Assembly: GCA_964411255.1 (NCBI GenBank)
Contig: CAYPKD010000005.1
Coordinates: 109,631 to 173,630 of the forward strand
Direction of reading: 5' to 3'
DNA: 64,000 nucleotides
Origin: an uncultured Gammaproteobacteria bacterium
GTDB taxonomy: Bacteria; Patescibacteriota; Patescibacteriia; UBA11705; DATKZF01
A program made the translations under genes and the position numbers. Shown here piece by piece: positions 58,005-64,000 of the stretch (within the stretch, counting starts at the first letter, position 1; every line of letters begins with the position of its first letter). Below the pieces are notes generated by a model. That model saw only the letters and a list, made by a program, of their open reading frames with translations. It had not been told where the DNA came from and searched no databases.

Positions 58005-58625
58005 ATGCTGAACCAAACCATTAAAATTATTTTTATTATTGTCTTGGCTTTTAGTCTGTTTGGCTGTCGGAATTTAAAACAATATGATCCAGGCAGCAAT
58101 GATTATAAAGCTCCTGAAAAAAAAGAGGATATTGAATTTCATGCAGAACCAGATGAAGAAAATCTATTTGCTGATATTCGGTTTGACTATCCAGCTGAAT
58201 GGCATATTAATTTTGAAGAAAATGACACTATTATTTTAAAAGATGTTGAACAGGATGTGCTGCTGTCAACCGGTTTTGCGCCTGTAGATTATTTTATTCC
58301 AAATGGAATGGTCAATGATGAAAAATATTCAGAGCATTATATTTTAGTAAAGTTGCAGGTGATTGATTACACAGTAGAAAAAATGTCAGATTGGAATAAT
58401 TTTATAAGAATTAATGTGCCTGATATTGTATCATTTGAAAATGTTGATTTAGACAGTAGGCAGCTGGCAATTAGGCCGATTGAATTTTCAGGAATTATGC
58501 TGGGTAATAAAATTATGATTGTGGCTGTTTATGACAAGGTAGTAATAGCCTCGCTTCATTATCAGGCCAGAACGCACGAAGAAGCTGAAGATAGTTTTAT
58601 GCTAATCATTGAAAGTTTGCGCTAA
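58005..58625 (+). CDS. Hypothetical lipoprotein
   Basis: SD AAAGGAGAAGG; signal peptide plus lipobox LFGC; the start chosen is the internal ATG after the SD, not the ORF-track 57921. Confidence 0.5.
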   Translation: MLNQTIKIIFIIVLAFSLFGCRNLKQYDPGSNDYKAPEKKEDIEFHAEPDEENLFADIRFDYPAEWHINFEENDTIILKDVEQDVLLSTGFAPVDYFIPNGMVNDEKYSEHYILVKLQVIDYTVEKMSDWNNFIRINVPDIVSFENVDLDSRQLAIRPIEFSGIMLGNKIMIVAVYDKVVIASLHYQARTHEEAEDSFMLIIESLR

Positions 58626-58637
58626 AAGGAGGTTGCC

Positions 58638-60944
58638 ATGACATACGCAAAGTCTGTTTTCTTTATTTATATTCTTTGTATTTGCAGTTTTGCCCAGGCG
58701 GAAAGTCTAGTTTTAGATGTTCCATTTAAAAGCCAGGTGCTGCCTGGCAGCTGGCAGTATACCAGAAACTGCGGACCAACTGCAGCATTAATGATGGCCG
58801 GATATTATTTGAATTTTCAGCCGACCACTGAGGATATTATTGCTGTTGATGACTGGCTTTATGATATGGAAATTATCCATGCTCAGCATGGTATTGATAA
58901 ATATAATGGTAATTACACAAACATTACAGATTTGCAGTATTTATTAGGTGATTATTTTGAGTTAGGCAGTATTGAAAAAACATATGCTCCAGAATTAAAG
59001 CAGGAATACATTAAAGAACAAATTCGGCGCGGAAATCCCATTCTAGTTGCTGTTAGAATAAATATGAAAGCATCTGGCCCAGGACATTTTATGCTGGTTA
59101 TCGGTTTTGATGATACTGGTGTAATTGTCCATGACCCTGGGCATTCTGCAGCAAATGGCGGATTAGCCAAACATTATTCATATTCTCAATTTTTAGCTTC
59201 ATGGAGCAGCTGGAGTTATGTTGCGCTTCATATTGGCCGGTTCACTACCTGGCACCCAAATGGTACTTTGATTAAAATTGCGCAAAACCCAGATGTTTAT
59301 CAGTTAATGGACAATGTAAAGCATTTAATCATTGATTGGTCAGTGTTTTTAGCCCATGGCTTTGATTCAAATAAAATTATTGAAGTTAAGCAGCAGGAAA
59401 TGGATTGCTATTCTACTTCCTGGGAAATAAACTGGAAGCCATATAGAGAAACCTTTAAATCTGAAGGCGATAGCAGAATTTATTTATTGGAAAAAAATAA
59501 TGCTGCTGATATTGGTTGTATTATTTATAGTTTTGCTACTAATTTGGCAGCTGAAAGCTGGGGGTATTTAATTGAAGATATTCAAATTTTACCAGCGGAT
59601 ATGGCTGAGCAAAAGATTAATAATTGTAATCCTGGAGAAACGATTTATATTCGCGATGGAAGTTTAATTAAGCCAGATCCAGCTTTGTACAATTGGGGTT
59701 TTGGGCAGGGGGCAGTATTTGTCATTTCTGACCAGGGTTTAGCCAGAGTGTTTATTAATAATCAAGTATTTCAGCAAATGGGATATAATTCTCAAAATAT
59801 TATAAATGCTGATCGGGATCAGTTTTTAATGAGTGTTAATGGTTTTGGAGAAACTATTATTACTGATAATTTAAATCAATGTTTAATGAGCCCGCAGGGA
59901 AGCGGCGCAGAATGCGTTGATGGAGATATTTTAGAAACATATTCAGGCTTAATAGAAACTTTTGGTATTGGAGTCTGCCAGCCCATGCAGAAAAGCTGCT
60001 CAAATGGCATTTGGTATGTGATTCAGGATGAAATGCTGCCATCTAATGAAATTGAAGACGGGCTGGACAATGACTGCGATGGACTAATTGATGAAGATTT
60101 TATTTTAGAGCCTGAAATTCAAGAGCATGTTTGCAATGATGGTGAATTAATAAATACTTATTCTGGCCAGATTGAAACATTAAGTATTGGCATTTGTCAG
60201 GCAGAAATAAAAATTTGCCAGAATAATGCTTGGATTTTAATTCAGCAGCAGGTTTTGCCAAATGAAGAGCAAAATGACGGGCTGGATAATGATTGCGACG
60301 GACTGATTGATGACGGATTTAATCAATATCCAGATCCGCCGCAGGAAGATGAAGAATGCATTGACGGAGAATTGCAGAATAATTATTCTGGACCGTTAAA
60401 TACGTTTGGTATTGGAAATTGCCAGCCTGAAATTCTTTCATGCGTGGATGGATTTTGGCAATTAGTTCAGTATGAAATTTTGCCATCAATAGAAATTGCT
60501 GACAATTTAGATAATGATTGTGATGGATTAGTTGATGAGGCTTTAACTCAAGGATTTGAGCAAAATCCTCAGACTGCTGATGGGCATTTATGGGCAGCAA
60601 AAAGTTGCGGCCTATATTGTATTGCTTTTTGCGATGATTATTTACTGGGCCAGCCAGATCAGGCGATCGTAGTAGGTAATGTGCCCGGTATCTGGTGGAC
60701 ATATGAGTTAGGCTTGGTTTTGCAAAAGCAAGCAGACGGTTATTATCATTTTAATATGTATCAAACTATTTTGCCTGGGATTTATCGCGTATCATATATG
60801 CGAACAGACCAGACCTGGGCATTGTATGGAGATGATTTGTATGATGATGTAGGGCCGTTTAGAAAATGTGGATTTGATGAGTTTGGCTATACTTGCTGGA
60901 TTGAGTTTGAGGTTTTGAGTAATGGCAATATTATTTCTGTATAA
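58638..60944 (+). CDS. Secreted papain-like (peptidase C39-like) domain protein with three Cys-rich metal-binding-motif repeats
   Basis: Signal peptide; DVPFKSQ...NCGPTAALMMAGYY...GHFMLVIGFDD...HDPG (C39_2-like Cys/His); three repeats of about 80 aa ending in DGLDNDCDGLIDE. Confidence 0.7.
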   Translation: MTYAKSVFFIYILCICSFAQAESLVLDVPFKSQVLPGSWQYTRNCGPTAALMMAGYYLNFQPTTEDIIAVDDWLYDMEIIHAQHGIDKYNGNYTNITDLQYLLGDYFELGSIEKTYAPELKQEYIKEQIRRGNPILVAVRINMKASGPGHFMLVIGFDDTGVIVHDPGHSAANGGLAKHYSYSQFLASWSSWSYVALHIGRFTTWHPNGTLIKIAQNPDVYQLMDNVKHLIIDWSVFLAHGFDSNKIIEVKQQEMDCYSTSWEINWKPYRETFKSEGDSRIYLLEKNNAADIGCIIYSFATNLAAESWGYLIEDIQILPADMAEQKINNCNPGETIYIRDGSLIKPDPALYNWGFGQGAVFVISDQGLARVFINNQVFQQMGYNSQNIINADRDQFLMSVNGFGETIITDNLNQCLMSPQGSGAECVDGDILETYSGLIETFGIGVCQPMQKSCSNGIWYVIQDEMLPSNEIEDGLDNDCDGLIDEDFILEPEIQEHVCNDGELINTYSGQIETLSIGICQAEIKICQNNAWILIQQQVLPNEEQNDGLDNDCDGLIDDGFNQYPDPPQEDEECIDGELQNNYSGPLNTFGIGNCQPEILSCVDGFWQLVQYEILPSIEIADNLDNDCDGLVDEALTQGFEQNPQTADGHLWAAKSCGLYCIAFCDDYLLGQPDQAIVVGNVPGIWWTYELGLVLQKQADGYYHFNMYQTILPGIYRVSYMRTDQTWALYGDDLYDDVGPFRKCGFDEFGYTCWIEFEVLSNGNIISV

Positions 60945-60970
60945 TAATTTAAAAAACGCAACTATTTTGG

Positions 60971-60995
60971 TCGGGGAAACAGAGTTTCCCCTCAG
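60971..60995. repeat. Solo REP-like hairpin (GGGGAAAC-aga-GTTTCCCC) immediately after the 58638-ORF stop
   Basis: Same architecture as the REP copies flanking the RAYT gene. Confidence 0.5.
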
Positions 60996-61110
60996 CATTT
61001 AGGTGCGGTAAGACTTTTAGTCCAAGGGAAATTTAAGATTTTCCGAGTAATAAAAAGGGCGTATCAAATACAGCCTTTTTTTTTATTATAGAAAGTTTAA
61101 ATTTAACTAT

Positions 61111-61157
61111 ACAGACCCAAGCCTGCTTTGGGCTTTACAATGTTGGCTTGCCAGACC
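61111..61157. repeat. 47-nt repeat shared with 9741-9787 (acag.cc.aagcctgc.tt.ggctttacaatgttggcttgc)
   Basis: About 38/47 identical positions when aligned by eye to 9741-9787. Confidence 0.5.
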
Positions 61158-61202
61158 TCCAATACTATTGATGTCTTATGTTTTTAAAAAACTGATATAA
61201 AA

Positions 61203-61237
61203 AATCACCAGACTTGCGTACTGGTGACTTATTTATA
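61203..61237 (-). terminator. Intrinsic terminator for rpmA (caccag/ctggtg stem, T-run on minus strand)
   Basis: Reverse complement reads gtcaccagtacgcaagtctggtgatttttta. Confidence 0.6.
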
Positions 61238-61243
61238 CAAAAA

Positions 61244-61537
61244 TTATTTTTTTTCAGTTTTTTGAGGAACAACATGAACCAACCTGACTTTATCCAAATT
61301 GCCGGTGAACTTTTTCATTTTCTTTTGTGAAAATTTGATAATGCCATTAGTAGTTGCAAACAAGGTATCATCTTTTCCTATTTTTACATTATCTCCAGGT
61401 CTGAATTTTGAACCTCTTTGCCGTACTATAATACTACCAGCCTTTGCGTATTGGCCAGCATATAATTTTACGCCTAATCTTTGAGCATTTGAATCTCTTC
61501 CTAAATGGGTTGATCCCGCTGCTTTTTTATGTGCCAT
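61244..61537 (-). CDS. rpmA: 50S ribosomal protein L27
   Basis: [24 protein letters not shown]...[12 protein letters not shown] conserved L27 core. Confidence 0.9.
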   Translation of the reverse strand: MAHKKAAGSTHLGRDSNAQRLGVKLYAGQYAKAGSIIVRQRGSKFRPGDNVKIGKDDTLFATTNGIIKFSQKKMKKFTGNLDKVRLVHVVPQKTEKK

Positions 61538-61684
61538 ATAATAATAGTTAAAAGTTATAAGTTGAAAGTTGAAAATTGTGGATTGAATATTTGTAAAATA
61601 TTACATATAGATTCTAGCTTATTATTATAATTTCGTCAAGTTTTTGATTGACTTTTTTATATAATTCAAATAGTATGTATATAT

Positions 61685-62521
61685 ATGAAAAAATTGCTTA
61701 CATTTACTTTATTATTCAGTTTGGTTTTTATTATTTCAGGCTGTGGCAAGGCTGGCAGTGATGTTGAAATAACAAATTTTGAAATTAATGAGGTTCCAGT
61801 AACGGTTTCAACAGTTGATTTTGAAATGGAACAAGCAACTATTGAGGAAAAAGCTGAAATTGAGAAAAAAGAGTCTGAGCTTGAGCCTTTGCCATCAACT
61901 TATGACACAGATGTATTATTTGCTTCCCAGGCGCCATTTGCCAATTGGAGCCTGCCATATCAGGAAGCTTGCGAAGAAGCCAGTTTAATTATGGCTTATA
62001 AATATTTTGCTAATCAGGCTTTGGACAAAAAAATAATGGATGATGAAATAAAAGGATTAGTTGAATGGCAGCTTGATAATTTTGGCTATTATACAGATAC
62101 CAATTTGGAAGAAGTGGCAATAATTGCAAACGAATATTTTAATTTAGACGTAGAAATTTCTGATAATGTTTCTATTGAAAATATAAAAAGGCAGCTGGTC
62201 AATGGAAATTTAATTATTATTCCAGCATCAGGCAGGGATTTAGGCAATCCAAACTTTACAACACCTGGCCCATTGTTTCATATGCTGGTTATCCGAGGTT
62301 ATGACAGAAATGAGTTTATTACCAATGATCCAGGCACTCGAAAAGGCTTAAAATTCAAATATAAATACCAGACTTTAATCGATGCAATTCATGATTTACC
62401 AATTATTGAAGGAAAAAAATTTCGACCATATGAGGAGGAAAGTGTGGCAGACAGTGTAAAGCTAAGCCGAATAAGATCAGGGCCTAAACAAATATTAATT
62501 ATTAAAGGATTGATAAAATAG
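61685..62521 (+). CDS. Lipoprotein with peptidase C39-like (papain-fold) domain
   Basis: Signal peptide plus lipobox ISGC; FASQAPFANWSLPYQEACEEASLIMAYKYF (Cys box); HMLVIRGYD...NDPG (His box); terminator at 62527-62555. Confidence 0.65.
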   Translation: MKKLLTFTLLFSLVFIISGCGKAGSDVEITNFEINEVPVTVSTVDFEMEQATIEEKAEIEKKESELEPLPSTYDTDVLFASQAPFANWSLPYQEACEEASLIMAYKYFANQALDKKIMDDEIKGLVEWQLDNFGYYTDTNLEEVAIIANEYFNLDVEISDNVSIENIKRQLVNGNLIIIPASGRDLGNPNFTTPGPLFHMLVIRGYDRNEFITNDPGTRKGLKFKYKYQTLIDAIHDLPIIEGKKFRPYEEESVADSVKLSRIRSGPKQILIIKGLIK

Positions 62522-62640
62522 TAAAAAGTGGCTAAATTAAGCCATTTTTTTAATTCATTGACAAATATGTGATAATTTGTTAATATAAATCATCTTGTGT
62601 TCCTTTTACCAAAAAACGCCAAACTAACAGGAGGGGGCGA

Positions 62641-64000
62641 TGGCAGATAAGAATGGGGCTGAACAGCCCATCCCAGACACTCATAAAGATACAATTCTTG
62701 ACGGAGTTTTAGAATCATTTGAAGAAGATCCTCAAAAGTATTCATTAGAACTTGTCAGATTATATTCAGATTCAAATACTCAGGCTCTTTTTAAGGGTCG
62801 AGAAAGAGAAGTTTTGGATAAACTTGAAAAAGGTGCAAAGCCGTCAGACTCAGGTCAGGTTGAAAATCTTGCCTTTTTGATGAGTGAACTTCAAAAGCAG
62901 GTAAATGGCCGGCAAATCGTTGTCGGTGATAAAAAACGTATCCGAAGTACTGGCACTGCAGTGCATGGTATTTTGGAAGATTTTGATGAAGATCCTGACA
63001 TTCATGTCAAGTATTTTCATGAATATTTTCAGGAACATCCTGAATTGTTTAAGGATGAAGGTATTCGAGCACAGGTTGTTTCTAAACTGAAGGCATTTCT
63101 TGCATCTGATTCAGAAGATTATGAGGCTAGGGCAAAAGCTGCATTTTTAATCAAGGATTTCACTGGCGAGGAGGTGCCAATGGATAAGAAAGCCCTGGAC
63201 GCTTCCCTGCATAGACAGAACGATAAAATCGCAGATACCCAAGATCGTATTCGTGTTTTGAAAGACAAAATGAATGGAAAAGGAAAGAAATTTGCTGATG
63301 AAGAGCCTGAAGCAAAACCAGCCGCAGCAATTGGCGTTCGTCCGCCTGTATCTGTTGAAATTCCTCCCAGACAAATCATTGCTGGTGGGATTTCAGACAG
63401 TACTTCAGATGGTCCGGTGGCTGCTTTTGGCAATGGCAATGAAAAAGAAACCAGAGCTGAAATGCCAGCTATAGGCGCTGAAGATGACCAGGCCAGACAA
63501 ATGCCCGCAGTCACGAAAGATGATATGATGGATGACCAAGGGCCTGAACCTCAGTCTGAGGATTCAGCTACAGTTAGTGAAAAGTTTGAACAATGGAAGG
63601 CTGTCATTCAGACGGTTTGTTTCAATCAGGCTTTCGCCCCTATTTTTGAAGACACTTTGATGCTGCTATTTAATACATTGGCTTTGCCTGATTTACAAGA
63701 AAGGTTTGAGCTTTGCGATTATTTATACAATGCGCTGGACCCAAGCTCCTGGAACGGTTTTCTGGTCATTGAGTGTAAAGGTTTGTCAGTCAAAGTAAAA
63801 AAAGAATGTGTCATTGTCGACTCAGAATTGGGCACAGAAGTATTTGATATTAAATTTTTTGACGCAGTAAAGAGCGGGAGAAAGTTTTCTGCAGAGGAAT
63901 ATAAAGTATTGAATGCTCTTTATACGGCTCTCTATAAGGCGGTACTTGCTGATTATGAGAGAGTGAACGGATTTTTTAGGGAATTTGAACAGGTGAAAGA
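62641..64000 (+). CDS. Hypothetical protein, 5' partial view (ORF runs off the window end), relatively GC-rich
   Basis: Strong SD AGGAGGGGG 8 nt before the ATG; at least 453 codons with no stop; not in the ORF track because the stop is outside the window. Confidence 0.5.

Noticed and set aside
1-64000. Alternative genetic code (UGA recoded, as in some CPR lineages)
   Set aside because: All conserved housekeeping genes are intact and of normal length under the standard code, with no in-frame TGA. The ORF track under the standard code is self-consistent.

Overview
This low-GC (about 33-35%) chromosomal window reads as a streamlined, small-genome bacterium, most plausibly a CPR/Patescibacteria-type lineage. 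Three things support that: a dense set of short-spaced housekeeping genes, three giant Cys-rich surface-protein genes, and the absence of any sign of UGA recoding.

Housekeeping genes I recognise by motif are topA, a FolC-like Mur ligase, dprA, pth, der, an LCP-family gene, lepB, hisS, rpsU, yqeY, ybeY, dgkA, ftsA, ftsZ, nrdD/nrdG, ogt, htrA, prfB, a GalE-like epimerase, capA-family, rsmA/ksgA and rpmA. No rRNA, no canonical tRNA and no CRISPR array were found.

The main accessory content is:
- Two tandem giant paralogs at 16804..25487 (628 aa and 2256 aa) that share an N-terminal signal peptide plus two-TM hairpin module, and a separate 3210-aa giant ORF at 47060..56692.
- Three paralogous single-pass membrane proteins with bacterial thrombospondin-type-3 (dockerin-like, Ca-binding) repeats, each placed directly beside a giant gene. 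This is my best candidate for an undescribed surface-display or anchoring module.
- An apparently split class III ribonucleotide reductase. The glycyl-radical motif (RVVGYLSP...NKGK) sits in a separate 47-aa micro-ORF, 62 nt downstream of the large NrdD ORF, behind a perfect 18-nt palindrome and a strong Shine-Dalgarno.
- An IS200-like REP-associated tyrosine transposase (RAYT), flanked by and scattered with REP hairpins.
- A 22-nt GC-rich sequence shared exactly between a REP-interrupting insert and an in-frame segment of prfB.
- A roughly 1-kb non-coding cluster (8210..9258) with three consensus sigma70 promoter/terminator units that look like unidentified structured ncRNA genes.
- Several GC-rich islands: a highly basic Arg/Tyr/His-rich lipoprotein, a 93-aa minus-strand ORF, and a PEGA-domain lipoprotein.
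- Tandem 83-bp repeats with nested palindromes, and several families of short recurring intergenic motifs.

All of this is read by eye from the sequence. The precise family identity of the ncRNAs and of the novel domains is not established.
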